The notes beneath the pieces were generated by a model. That model did not search any database. It had not been told where the DNA came from and was given only the letters and a program-made list of their open reading frames with translations. The position numbers and the translations under genes are program-made. A DNA stretch of 64,000 nucleotides from Thelocarpon superellum. Its lineage: Eukaryota. Every line of letters begins with the position of its first letter. Position 1 is the stretch's first letter. This document shows positions 1 to 12,200 of this stretch, in pieces. Where the stretch lies: NCBI GenBank assembly GCA_026025795.1, contig JAPEUG010000017.1, forward strand, positions 1 to 64,000, written 5' to 3'.

Positions 1-830
1 CCTCACCACTCGTGCGGCAAAGGGAGGGTGCGAGATCCCAATGGTCCCGGAGCCGCCGGAACAGCCGGAAGGACCTCCCTAACCAGTTAGTGGACTCACC
101 CAATGGGGGAATTACCTGACGGGAAAGCGGTGCGAAAACACCGTGGGCCCCTCGCCGGCTGGACCCGCCGCCGCATCGCCGTCACATCGCCGCCGTCGAG
201 TCGATCCTCCCGACCAAGTCGGTCCCGAAGCCACCCAGCCATCGATCCGGTAGACCTCTCCCTTTGCCACACCCGTGTGGCAAAGGGAGGTGCGAGATCC
301 CCAACGGCCTCGGAGCCTCCGACTCCGCCGAGCGAACCTCCCTCCCCAGTCGAGAAGGGGTGCGGGACCAACCTGGCCGACCATCCAACCCTTGCCGCCG
401 CCGCCGCCGCCGCCCGCCCCAGTCCCTTTCCTCCCGACCAAATTGGCCTCGAAGTCTCTCGGTTGACGCGATGGTCCTCTCCCCATCACCACCGATGTGG
501 CGAAAGGGAGGTGCGAGATCACGAACGGCCTCGGAGCCGCCGCAGACGAACCGAGAGATCCTCCCACCCTCGCCAGCCCCATCTGGCGAGGATAGGGTGC
601 GAGACCAACCTGGCCGACGTTGAACCCCTCCTCTTTCTCCTCCTCCTCTTTCTTCCTCCTCCTCTTTCTCCTCCTCCTCCTCCTCCTCCACCACCATCTG
701 GCCAATCCCCGGCCAAGCTGATCCCGAAGCCTCCGATCTGATCCGGCGGTCCTCTCCCCACCATCACCGGTGTGGCGATGGGGAGGTGCGAGACCCCGAT
801 GGCCCCGAAGCCGTCGGACCAGTGAGGAGG
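1..830. repeat. Degenerate tandem array, about 220-275-bp units, at least 4 copies, running off the window edge
   Basis: Anchor motif GGGAGG(G)TGCGAGA at 22, 285, 506 and 781 with shared flanks. Submotif GGGTGCG(G/A)GACCAACCTGGCCGAC at about 358 and 595. Submotif CCCG(A/G)CCAA..(C/T)CGAAG at about 209, 433 and 708. (GCC)n and (CCT)n microsatellites are embedded. Confidence 0.85.
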
Positions 831-839
831 GCTGCGCGA

Positions 840-1845
840 TCAGCTTGACCGCTCGTCGACCGTCGCCGCCATGCGACCGACTCGATGGTCCTCGCCCGGC
901 CTGGCGGCCAGACGGACCAATCGTCGACCGAACGACGTAGACACCAAGGCAGGGGTGTCGGAATTGGCCGGCCTCTCACGGCCGCCACGGAACCCAATCG
1001 GCGATGGAGGGCCTTTCAGGTAGTACTCGGGCCTCCAGCCCGGCTCCTGCGGCTCTCCACCGAAGACGTCATCCCCCATCGGCTCGACGCCGGAACGAGG
1101 CGCCCAAATCGATCGCGATCGCGATCGGGCGGTTCCGGACTCCCGATTGGAGGGAATCAGGGCTGGGTACTGGATCGGGATGAACGGCCGATCCAGCAGG
1201 GTGTCCGCCGGGTATGAAACCGGCAGGACAGGGAAAAGGACGGTCGAGAGACTCGGTCCGCCCAGGAGGGTGTCCGCCGGGTACGAAACCGGCAGGACGG
1301 GGAACAGGGCGGTCGAGAATCTCGGTCCGCCCAGGAGGTCGACGGACGGCTGCCCAAACAACCGCGGGTGATGCTTGCCGCATGGGCAAGTGCCGTCGAA
1401 CATGCGCCACGGTGGTGGCGTTATGTATTGCATTTGGGCAAGGTATTGCACAAGAGAGATGCCCACAGTCTCTTGTGCCCCCATGTCGGACCGGTCGTCC
1501 GACGAGGTGGGGGAGGGGGGGGAGGATGGCGCCAGGACCGGAGTGTCCTGGGCCGAGGGAAGCTCGACCTCTGACGGGGCAGGACTCCACTCGGATGTGG
1601 AGCCTGCCGGGGAATCCGCCGGCGTCGAGCAGGCTGCAGTCGGGGTGGGTATGGGGACCCCCCCGAGCTGTGCCTGCGATGCCGCCATCTGCTGGCGGCA
1701 CCGAAAAAACTGCAGCACGTCGTCAGCCAAAGAAGCTCACGACGTTGTCACGCGGAATGCGTCACGCGGCACGCGTCATGAGCGGACTCACCTCCTGAGC
1801 TTCCTCGAAGCTCCAGAGGTGCGGAGGTTTCCGCGGGGCCGCCAT
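840..1845 (-). CDS. Orphan Pro/Ser-rich protein, 2 exons (1845-1792, 1709-840), about 307 aa
   Basis: ATG at 1845 (MAAPRKPPHLWSFEEAQE). An intron at 1791-1710 (GTGAGT..GCTGAC..CAG) joins it in frame to ORF 840..1730 (FFRCRQQ..). Upstream are ATAAATA and a CT-rich tract. Contains CPCGKHH and an internal 23-aa repeat. No family recognised. Confidence 0.6.
1193..1338. repeat. 69-bp tandem duplication (2 copies plus partial) inside the orphan CDS
   Basis: Units start at 1193, 1262 and 1331. They encode (D/T)LLGGPx(F/L)STxLFPVLPVSYPA on the minus strand. Confidence 0.9.
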
Positions 1846-2033
1846 CCCCGCGAGATGATGAGGCGGTGAAGAGGGTATCGAGGTGAGGGGGGGGAGAAGA
1901 TGAGGTTGGCTGTGGTGCTGTTGCACCGTATCACCTCGGGATGAAGGAAGAAGAAGAAGAGAAAGCAGAGACGGCAAGGAGGTGGGATATTTATGTGCGA
2001 GCAACGCGAGACTCCTATCACCCACGCGACGGT

Positions 2034-2380
2034 GTATCAACACCATACGGATGTGCTCGAGCGGGCACCTTCCCTCTACTTCCGGGACCACGTATCAACA
2101 CCATACCGATGTGGTCAGGGAGGGCGCTTCCTTCTGCTTCCGTGGTGGCTTATCTGCACCATGCAGGTGTACTCAGTGGGAGCACCTTCTCTCCACTTTC
2201 ACGACAATACATCAACGCCATCCCGACGTGGCCAAGGATGGCCCTTCCTTCTCCTCCCGCTACGGCGTGACTGCACCATACCGCTGTGCTCAGTGGGGCG
2301 CCTTCCTCTACCTCTGCGACGACATATCAACAACCTTCAGATACGATCAGGGGCGCCTTCCAACATGCACGTCGCCCGGG
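2034..2380. repeat. Degenerate 57-59-bp tandem array, about 6 copies
   Basis: Unit starts at about 2034, 2092, 2150, 2209, 2267 and 2324. Approximate consensus GTATCAACACCATACCGATGTGNTCAGNGGGNGCNCCTTCCNTCTNCTTCCG. Confidence 0.8.
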
Positions 2381-2819
2381 ATACGGTGGAGGCGCTCCTT
2401 CTTTGTTCCTCATATCTGACCGATCTGATGGAGGGCGTTGTCATGCGAAGGACGTTGCGATCATCAGGGAGCTCTTTCTCTCTTCTCTTCAGATAATGAT
2501 ACAGTACCGAGATAACGGAGCCGCTCACATCCCACTCGTGTGCATTACCACGGTCCGATACACCCTCTGGGCGGAGCCGGTGCGGCCTGTGCCCAGTGAT
2601 CCGGAAGGCGATGCATGCATTTCATAGGAGAAGACGTGTAGTCCACTTTGGAAGGGGCTGTTCGTACGGAGGTACACTCTGCCGCAGGTGTTTGCGAGGC
2701 TTTCAGGCGTTGTCAACTTCATCGCTCCGGTGAGGCACAGCTCTTGCCTGCCATTGATGCGCACATCTCATACATCTACGCCTAGCACTGCCGGTAGTAG
2801 GCAGTAATTAACATACTAC

Positions 2820-2905
2820 TGTAGGAAGAGCTGAATTGCTAATCTACGCGTAATCGGGATATGATAGTAGTGGGCACGTGACCAGATCACGTGCGCGCTC
2901 CTACA
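2820..2905. mobile_element. 86-bp TG..CA element (mini solo-LTR or Ginger-type MITE), copy 1
   Basis: Termini TGTAGGA...TCCTACA form a 7-bp inverted repeat. 4-bp target duplication CTAC at 2816-2819 and 2906-2909. Closely similar to 54342-54431. Internal hairpin GCACGTGA-CCAGA-TCACGTGC. Confidence 0.85.
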
Positions 2906-2966
2906 CTACTGCAGTTAACCGAATCCAGGCTGGACGAGTACCAGCGCCACGCCGGTGCCATAGAAG

Positions 2967-3314
2967 TAGTGCTGGTAAATTACCGTAATTTACTCGGGCC
3001 TGTTGTATTAAACAACTAGTGTAGTAATATCCCTATTTTAGCGGTAATTTACTTGGCCTGTATCATGTGATATCTAGCTCTATTTGGCTAGTCAGTTACT
3101 ACTTATGGCGAGGCGTGGAGCTCCTGGCCTCACACTACCTATTGCTATAGTCAAACCAAAATCAAGACAAAATATCAATAAATATTAAATTAAATATTCC
3201 CCCACATTTTGTATGGGAAATATTTTGTATGGGGTTTTTTACTATTTGATGTCGTATTAAACGCGTTTAATAAGCTTACGTAAAAAATGTTAATTTATTC
3301 TGCTACCAGCACTA
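2967..3314. mobile_element. AT-rich island, possible MITE or left arm of a decayed long inverted repeat
   Basis: Sharp AT enrichment against a GC-rich background. 11-bp inverted ends TAGTGCTGGTA (2967-2977) and TACCAGCACTA (3304-3314). GTAATTTACT..GGCCTGT repeated at 2985 and 3044. Confidence 0.4.
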
Positions 3315-3877
3315 ACAACTACGTCCTTCTGGTCTTTCCTACCTACAGAGGCACTGCGAGCTAATTACCTCGCTACGCTTACGCCGTAGCAAGGCTCATA
3401 CCTCGCGGCACATCGTCCTTTGTGCGAGTACCAGAACGGCACGGGGATTCGTCCCCCCACGTCCAAACACAGGACGCAGACCATGACCACTCGGCTGGGA
3501 TTTGGGCGCGTACATTATCACCCATAGCCCGCGGAACCCCCGTGCTGGGAGGCCTCGGAGTGGTCCAATGGCCTGCAGCCTCGCCGCGGGGACTCCCCCC
3601 CTGTACCCATCCTTATCATGTCTCCGCGAATCACGCTGCCGTCACCATCTGCAGAGCCACATCACCCAGCCTACTTCCAGGCGCCCGACCCCGCCAAGGC
3701 AGCCGCCTCATCTATCAGGTCCGGTCTCCAGGCTGCTCGGCGTCCCCCAGCCCTCTCACCTGCTCCGCGTGCTTTGCATTTGGATAGCCATCCATCAGGC
3801 CTGAGAGAAGAAGGACTCGAAGATCCTGTCAGCGTGATTTGTTCATCTGTTCATTATCCCCTGGACGCGCTTAAGTC

Positions 3878-5435
3878 ATGGACAAGATTGTCGTGAATGG
3901 TTTCAGTATCGAGCACGCTCGTGCCCAGTTTGATCGCCTGAAAACTGCAGATCAGACTCGGGGGGAACTCCTCGATGTATGTTCTCCCAGGAGGCCGTCC
4001 TTCTTTCGAATCGGGCTGACGCCGATCCCAGCAACTCATCCGTGAGGTTGAACGGCTGACTCAGAAATATGACGATGTTGAATCACGTTTGGAGCGCGAA
4101 CAGACAACATCGTCGACCTATCATCAGAGGTCTCGAGACCTTCAGCTAGAGCTAGATAAGACTGGGCGGGAGATGGTGCGCGTGTCCCTGATCAATGAGA
4201 TCATCCGACATTCCTGATTGTCGATCTGACAAACACCAAGGTACACCTGCAGACTCGCAATGCCTTTGTGTTGGTCCTCATCGATGGTGATGGCGTGAAT
4301 GTGAGTCCCCCAGAAAGGACGTCCACCAACGAGCGACCACGCAGCGTATTGAATCCTGACACATCGCATCGTGGTAGTTCAAAGATACCGTCCTCCATTC
4401 TGGTGGTAACACTGCTGCGAACCAGTTGCGGAAGTCGACGCAAGAGTATGTCTCGCAAATGCGCCCGGACGTGCCCGATTTCGAAATCATCATTCGGATC
4501 TACGTCAATCTCAAGGGCTTGGCCCGGACCTACCGTGACCTGGAACAGCCCGCCGACTTTGAGCAGTTTGTGCAAGAGTTCAACATGGCTCACCCACTGG
4601 GTGAAATCATCAACGCCGGACATGGGAAGGAGTGTGCCGACGAGAAGATCAAGTGTGAGTTCTTCTTCGTCGTAGAGCTGCGGCGATCGGACTAAGAACG
4701 TGACCTGTAGCGATGTTCGTTCATCATCTCCAGGACATTCATTGCAAACACATCATCTTTGGAGGCTCTGCCGACAATAGCTATGGGACCATGCTGCGGC
4801 CTCACACAACCGACGAGTCGATCCGACAGCGTATCACGCTACTGAAGGGACCTCCCTTTGCTCGCGAGCTCTCCGAGCTACTCCCCCACTTCCACGAGAC
4901 CTCGTTCCCCGAGTTATTCCGCGACTCGAAACTTCCAACTCGCCGGGTCTCGTTCTCGACCACGCCTCCCAGATCGCCCGTCGCGAGGCCGATAAGCTAT
5001 GCCACGACGGCTGCCGCTGCGATTTCTGCGACTTCAGTGGCTAGCAGCCCGCCCGCACCCAGCAACGATGCGGTCAGACCCCCATTCCCAGCAATCATAT
5101 ACCGTAACCAGCACGGTCAACGGGTGGACAAACCACTACAGCATTCGGCAAAACTGGTCAACCACCTCAAGAGCCTCAAGTTGTGCAACCGGCACCACCT
5201 GCTCGAGACCTGTGAATGGGACGATTGCACACATAAACATGGGCCCAGGGTTCAAGGGAAGGAATACGTCGCTGTGCGCGCTTTGGCCCGACTCTCGCCC
5301 TGCTCAGCTGGGCTGGACTGCGACGATGAGTATTGCATCGCCGGCCACAAATGTCCCAGCAGTTCTTGTCCTAGAATTAACTGTCGCTTCACCAACATGC
5401 ATGGTATTGACCAGAACATCGTGTCAGAGCAATAG
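3878..5435 (+). CDS. Coiled-coil + NYN/PIN-like domain + tandem CCCH zinc-finger protein, 5 exons (3878-3976, 4032-4175, 4253-4300, 4378-4654, 4711-5435)
   Basis: Four GT..AG introns with branch sites give one continuous frame: MDKIVV..LLD/QLIREVE..GREM/TRNAFVLVLIDGDGVN/FKD..GKECADEKIK/SMFVHHLQDIHCKHIIFGGSADNSY. The C-terminus has CNRHHLLETCEWDDCTHKH and CSAGLDCDDEYCIAGHKCPSSSCPRINCRF, the conserved fungal C3H1 architecture. Confidence 0.85.
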
Positions 5436-5554
5436 TTGAGATAACGACGGAGAAGAAAGAATGAGGGGACGGAAGGAAGGGAGAAGAATGTTGGAAGATA
5501 TTACTTATGATATTTATTGAGGGGAGGAATCGAGCGCGACACACAAAAGGAGAA

Positions 5555-5740
5555 GACCACAAATTGACAATGTTTACGCGAAATAAATTAAATTGTTCGA
5601 ATTAAATATTAGGCCGTCGATGTTTTATTAATTTTTCCAATTGTTTATTCACGTCGGCAACGGCGCGGCCAGCTCCAGGGCCTAATTAAATAAATTACTG
5701 GCAATTAGTCGTATCAAACGATTTATACGCACTATGCAGT
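5555..5740. other. AT-rich island, possible right arm of a decayed inverted repeat
   Basis: AT-rich. Its reverse complement shares TTAATTTATT, GTAATTTA(T/C)T..GGCC, TGGAGCT..GGCC and an 18-mer (CGTAAACATTGTCAATTT vs CGTAAAAAATGTTAATTT) with 2967-3314. Confidence 0.35.
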
Positions 5741-6256
5741 GAGGCGACCAAAGAAAAGAGTGAATCTGGAAAATTCTCGATCAAGGGGAATATCCGCTCT
5801 CATTCTCATTCTCATTCTCATAAAGTCCAAAATTCAAGGAACCATACGAAGAAGAAGTTCTCTTGGAGCAGAACGGCTCCAACGCAGAAAGAATATATAT
5901 AGGAGCTTGTGGGAACCTTTCTGTGGTATTTAAATTTAATCATCCTAGATGCAAGTACTTGTGTGATGAGACTTGGGCTTGTTGCTTCCAACTTCAAGTT
6001 GTCTGTCGTGGAGCACTGCCGCAAGGGCTGTTCTCTCGCTCTCTCTCTTCACTCGAATCTAGGTGGCTTGAGCAATGAAGAACATTTCGTGATTCATACT
6101 CTTCTCATGTGCGTGCGTCCGTCGCTATTCCCGCTAGGAAGCCATGCTCAAACATCGATAACGCCCTCCCCGCCTTCGTCTGGAACATGTGTAGACCCCT
6201 TTGACTTCATCCTGAACCTCCACCCTCGAAACTTCCTATACCTACCCCGCCGCACC

Positions 6257-9200
6257 TCACTCCGTCGCCTTGGACTTCTCATTAAAAGACATGACGGCGA
6301 CGCCAATCTGACGATAGAGAAAGTTGCGCCCGGATTCGTTGGCGACGGGGATGAAGGGCCCGTTGGTGCCGCCTTTGAGTGTGACGGACAGACCCGTGCG
6401 TTCCTTGGAAATCGTCTGGATCTCTTTGAGCGGCACGTCCCATTCCGTCGTGAGGCGTTTGGACTTGATCAACATGATGCGGTTGTAGGTCAACATCACC
6501 ACCACGTCTTCGCCCGGGAGCTCCAGATGGGCAATGTACTCCTCGTCAAAGTACTTGCCGTTGTCCAGCTGCTTCAGCCAGAATTGGCCCAGCGCTTCGC
6601 GTTGTGAGTAGGGCCGGACGATGCCGTCTTGGCCGACAAATCGCGTCAGTCGTACCCGATCTAGGCCCTCGGCATCGAAGACTGTCGTCGTGTTACGGAT
6701 TCCCTCCGACACATCTGTCTTGCGTTAGCACGCGGTTGCATTCGTCTCGGAAACGGTACTCACTGGACGCCAGATCAAAGACCCCGATGGCCGGCTTTGT
6801 CGCCAGCCCCACCACGCCCTTGCCCACGCCCTTGAGGAAGCCTGCAACCCCTTCGCGCTCCGCACCCTCCAGCGGCTTCCGCGCCAAGCCTCCCACCCCG
6901 CTCGCCACGCTCGTGACGAAGGAGTTTGCCCCTGCCGTCACGCCGTACAAAGCATGCTTGGGCCGGTTGCGCGCCCGCGTCGTGCGTCGTCGATCCTGGA
7001 ATTGCTTGTCGAGTGTCGCGGCGGCGAGACCCTTGGAGATGCTGCCGGTGACCTTGCTGAAGCTGTCGGAGAATCCAAACACGCTCTTCTTCACGAAGCT
7101 CGTCGCGCCCTTGGCGATGCCCAAGCCTAGCTCCTGCGGTCGGTCCGTCATTACCAAGCCTTGATAGGGCTCATAGAAGATATCGGCCACGCCCGAGCTG
7201 ATGTTGTTGAAGAGCCCCACCGGGTTGCCGAGGAAGTCGGCCGAGCCAAGGATCTTGTGCACTTGATATAAGAATTCCTGCGAATAGTGGCTCTGCACGT
7301 GTTGAGAGAGGACCGGCAGCGATACCCGCGCGTTCTCCAGCATTAGCGCGTTCAGTCGCACGGGCGCATCGTTGATGTTGCCGATGGCCATGGTCAGGAT
7401 GTTGAGGAAGAACATGAGCGGGTTGCGCGAGCTGGTCTTGTCCTCGACGTTGACCCTCTCCGTCCGCACAAAGGAGAGATCCAGCTGCGCCGGCTGGATG
7501 TTGAGCAGCTCAAAGTACATGTCCTCGCCCTGTTGATCCTGCTGCGGCTCCGGTAGGTCGAGGGCTTCGTCGCACAAGGTGCCTTGGTCTGCATCCGCCG
7601 CCGTGTCGCCGTCAAACCGGGAGAAATCCAGCAGAGCAAAGACAAAGTCCTCGTCAATCTCCAGCGTCATCTGCTGCAGCAGCACCGTCGCGTACTTGAT
7701 GTACAAGACGCCGTACGAGTCGTCCTTGACTCGCGTCACCTGCGCGTGCAGGATCGGGTGCACGTCCATCTCCTTGCCCGTCTTGGGCACCACGCTGGGG
7801 TAGAGGATCAGCGGGAAGATCCCGCCGTACAGCTGATTGTCGATCTGAATCCACTTGACCGTGGACTGCACCGTCTGATAGAGGGGCGAGTCGCTGTATT
7901 TGAGCTCGATGTCGCGGAAGGTGCAGTAGGCCAGCTCCTTGAGCTGTCGGTTGATCAACGACACCCCAACTCCGGCCAGTCGCAGCTGCGCCTTGAAGGT
8001 CACATTGGTGTCGAGCTCGCGCACTTCGAAGCCGGTCGAGACGCTGGTCTGCGACGAGGGGGTCGATTTTTGCTGGTACAGGCTCTGCGACGCCCGGTAG
8101 GGCGAGAGAATGAGCGTCTGCGTCGGCCCGTCCGCCGCCACGCGCAGGTCGATGATCTTGGGCTCGCGCAGGCCCGATGACCCGGTCCCACCCGGTACCC
8201 GCATCGGGATCAAGTTACCAATCTCCGCTAGCTTGACATGTCGCTCCTTGCCATTGGCGCTGATGATGAGCTCCTTGGTAGGCGCGGCGGGGAAGTCCCA
8301 CGCGTAAGGCATGATGCTCCGCGCCGGCAGCCGATAGCGGATCGGCCGCCAGCTCGACGTCTCCTCTGTCTCCTCATCCTCGACGTGCGGATTCGCCTGG
8401 AAGAAGGTGAATTCCACGTCCGTCTCGTTCCGCATGGAGAAGGGCCAATTCTTCGTCTCGAGGCTCAAGTGCAGGAAAACGGTAGCGTGCTCCAGCAGGA
8501 CCTCCACCCGCACCAGGCGTTGCCGCTGGCCGGCGCCCGCCTTGGCCAGCTTCACGTGCACGCTCCCCAGGTCGGAGATGTTGAAAGGGGAGGACCAGGG
8601 ATTGTTCAGGCCCGGAAAGCACAGGCACACCTGCTTCTTCGTCGTCTGCCGCAGAAAGTGCAAAGGAAGCAACTGGCCAGGCGTGAGGGTCATGACACGC
8701 GACGAGCCGGGCTCGCGCACCTGCATCTCCTCGGGGATCTTGCTCTTGAGAATGAAGCGCGGCGCCAAGGTCACGACCTTGGTGAGTTTGTACTTGCCCT
8801 CGCCCTCGTCGACCGAGATCCCGATATGGATCTCGCTGTGCTTGGTGGCGGACGGCAGCACCACCTCGGACGTGCTACCAATGGCCTCAAAGCTCTGTGG
8901 CGCGCTCCAATTCGAGTCTCCAATCTTGAGGATGGCGCGGTTCTGGCGATCGTCGCTCGGATAAGAGAACATGTACGGCTTCGCCCGGTGGCGGTCGTCA
9001 TCGCTCGCCCCCGTACGCACACCTTGGCCTGCGGCTGAGCGGGCTTGCTGGAGCAGTGACTTGCTCTTGACGTGGATGTCCAGTCCGGTCTTGTTGAGGA
9101 TGAGATAGGGGCTGTAAACGGCAACGCGGAAGGCGCCGCCGCTCTCCGGGATCTCATAGTAGTGAAGGCGTAAATTCAGGGGCAGACCTTGCTCATCCTT

Positions 9201-12200
9201 GACAACCAGGCTCGTCTCGCGGCGGAAGTCGTCTTGGTTTTGGGCGTTGATGATGGCAAACTCGCTCTGCTTGTACACCGTGTCCTGCATGTCGATGCTC
9301 ATCAAGAGGAGATGCGACAGCTCCACGACGTGTACGGGGCTCAGGCCGCCCTTGCGCAGGAAATTGGCCCAGTCGCGCTTCGTGCTCTTGTCGTAAATGC
9401 GGTACTTGAAGTCGTAGGGCAGTAAGTTCTGCAGCTCCAGGGGCGCCGACAGCCGCACGCGCATGTAGGGATACACCTTCGTCAGGGGATTGGTGCGGTC
9501 GTAGTTGGCGCTCAGCTGGAAGAAAAAGGACGGCGTCTTGTCGCGCTGCTCGCCGCGGCAGGTGATGGGCTTGGTCGGGTGCTGCAGCAGGTCGCGCCAG
9601 TGAGTGCGCTCGCTGGACCAGGCGTAGCCGAAGCCCTGGTCGGGGCGGAACAGCAGCGAGTGCTCAAAGGCGGCCCCGACCGGTGCCGGCCGCGCCTCAC
9701 CTGGCGGGACCTTTTCGATCTTGAGTAGGTGGCCCTGCGCAGCGTCGAAGACGCCAATTTCTACCGGGATCTGTGTCATGTTCTCGATCAGGAGCGGAGA
9801 GCGGAAGGTGATGTATTTGACGTTGTCCGGCCCGAGCGTGACCTCGACCAACAGCCGATGCGTCACCCGATCCTTGCGCGGCCGAAGGTGGTAGAGCCGC
9901 TCGCCCTCGCGCGTCACGGCGACGCGCTCCAGGGTGTCGAAGCCGCTACCCTCCAGGCGGAGCCCAACGACGCCCTTGCTGCCCTCCTCCGACAGGTTCT
10001 CTCGCATCTTCTCCCAGTCCTCAAAGCGCCAGGGGGCCTCTTGCCCATCCTCGAGCGTCGCCGACACTGGCTCCTCTTGCTCCGGCGCATCGGCCCAGAC
10101 CTTGAGCTCGAAGCCCGTGTGATTGCGCATCCGGTAGGGCGCGTCGACGCCACGGGGCTTCGAGAGCACGTCGTCATCCTGCGACAGGAAGCGCGCCGAC
10201 TTGAGCCCAAGTGCGATCGAGGCTGCCGTCAGGGTGATTTCCAAAGTCTTGCGCGAGTAGAGCTCGACCGAGAGTCTATCTGGGTGCTGATCCTTCGCCA
10301 TGTGGAAGCCCACCTGCCAGGGCTCGATCAGCGGCTCCCATGCCGACTTGGAGAAGTTGTAGACGTTGATGAAGGTGTCGATGCTGGTGTCGGCCTGCAT
10401 CGCGCCGCTCCAATCACGTACGCCGACGGCAAAGGGCCGGACACTGAGATCCAGCAAGGGGAGCTCGTGCAGGTCCCCGATGAGCACCACGCGCATGCCC
10501 TCGATCTCGGCCTCCAACTCCTCGCGCTTCAACACCCCCGATGCCGGAGCTGCAACCGTGGCGCCAGTACCCTTGGTATCGCGGCTGGATCGGCCCGTCT
10601 TCACCGTGGCTTTGGCCAGAGATGAGCTCTTTTGGACACTGCCTGATGCCCGCTTCGATGCCCGTGACGAACCACGACCCGCGGTGACGGGTTGAGTCTT
10701 GGCACCGGGGCCGGTCGACTCATCCCGGCCAGACAATTCCGAGGCCTTGTTGACGATTTGTAGGGCCAGTAAGATGTCGCGCAGTGAGAGTCGCAGGATC
10801 AACGGCTCGAGGGCGATGTGGATGGTCGTTAGCAAGGCCTGGGAGCGCGTGTCCATGGACATCTGTAGAGTAAAATCGTCGAGGATGCGCAGCCGCGTGG
10901 TCTCAAAGTGATCCATCCGACACAAGAACATGCCGACCTTGGAGACCTGCAGTGTTAGTGCGTGCTGCTGCGAAAGAAGCACCTGCTTGGTGCCAAGCAC
11001 GATGGCCTCGGAGCTGACGCTCGCCGGGTTCGCGATCAAGATGACCTGCGCTCCTACCACGTTGATCCGAAAGGCCATTTCCATGGCCCGAGGTGGCGGC
11101 CCAGATGCGACATCGGCGCCGGCATCCGGCGTGTGCGCGGTCGCCGGCACACCCAGCGGGCTGCGCTTCGATTGGCCCCAGGAATGCATACTCTCCGTGC
11201 TATCCGAGTCCTCGGGACGGGGGGAGCCGATGTCGGAGAGATCCTCCGTGGCTGCAGGTGAGGCATCCGCCGTCAGTGCGGTGCTGAAGAAGGATTGAAT
11301 GGCAAAGAGGTAGTCCAGCGCGAAGATGACGCGAGGGCTGTCGATGGTGACGATGGCGATCAGGCTCCGGTCTTGCCCGCCGGAGATGGTCACGCTCGCC
11401 ATAAATTGTTGCACCTCCTGGTTGGTCGAGGACATGATCTTGCGGAACTTATTCACCTCCGCGGTACGACTGTCGCGGATGGTGAAGGACTGGATGAGTA
11501 ATTCAGATTCCAGGGAGCCGTCGCTGACCATCCGCAGCTTGACGTTGGTATCATTGAGTGAGAATTTGGACAGACTCGCCGCCTCGGCATCGGTCACGGG
11601 TATTTGATTTTGCGCCATGATGAGCTCTAGCCCGATTGTCTTGACCTTGAATACCAAGTCAAGCTTGGTCCAGTGACGCGCGCTGACGTCCAGCTCTGGG
11701 CCGAGGTTGACGACCTCCCCATCATGCTCGCCGGTCGTTGGGTCCACCACGGTGTGGGCCTGGTCGACGGTGTGCCGCGGAAGGTCCTCTACGGCCTGCG
11801 CCTCCTTCGCGCCGACGTCGGTGGCGAAGGCGGCGGGGACGGAGGTGGAAAGCTCGAGCAGGGACTTCATCTGGGTCTGGGTGATGCGCAGGTTGAAGTC
11901 GGACATGGATCCCTGGACCTCAAGGTCCGGTCGCTCCAGGCCGTCACGATGCTCGAGATACGTGATGTGGAAATCGACGTCGACGTCGTTGAGCATCTCC
12001 AGCTCCTCAACTTGCTCGTCTTCGTAGTGGAAATGGGACATCAGCCGCACGTTGCGGATACCAGCGGCGAGCCGGTTGGCGATGGCCGCATCCTGGGTAT
12101 CGTCCAGGGGCACGAAGCGATTGTTGGCGTAGATCTCGCCCAGGTACGCCGTGACCAGATCCCGCTGGGGCCGATCGATAGACGCTAGGCGAGGGAAGAC

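Noticed and set aside
2034..2380. CRISPR-like periodicity
   Set aside because: Whole units are homologous with no unique spacers, there are no cas genes, and the context is eukaryotic.
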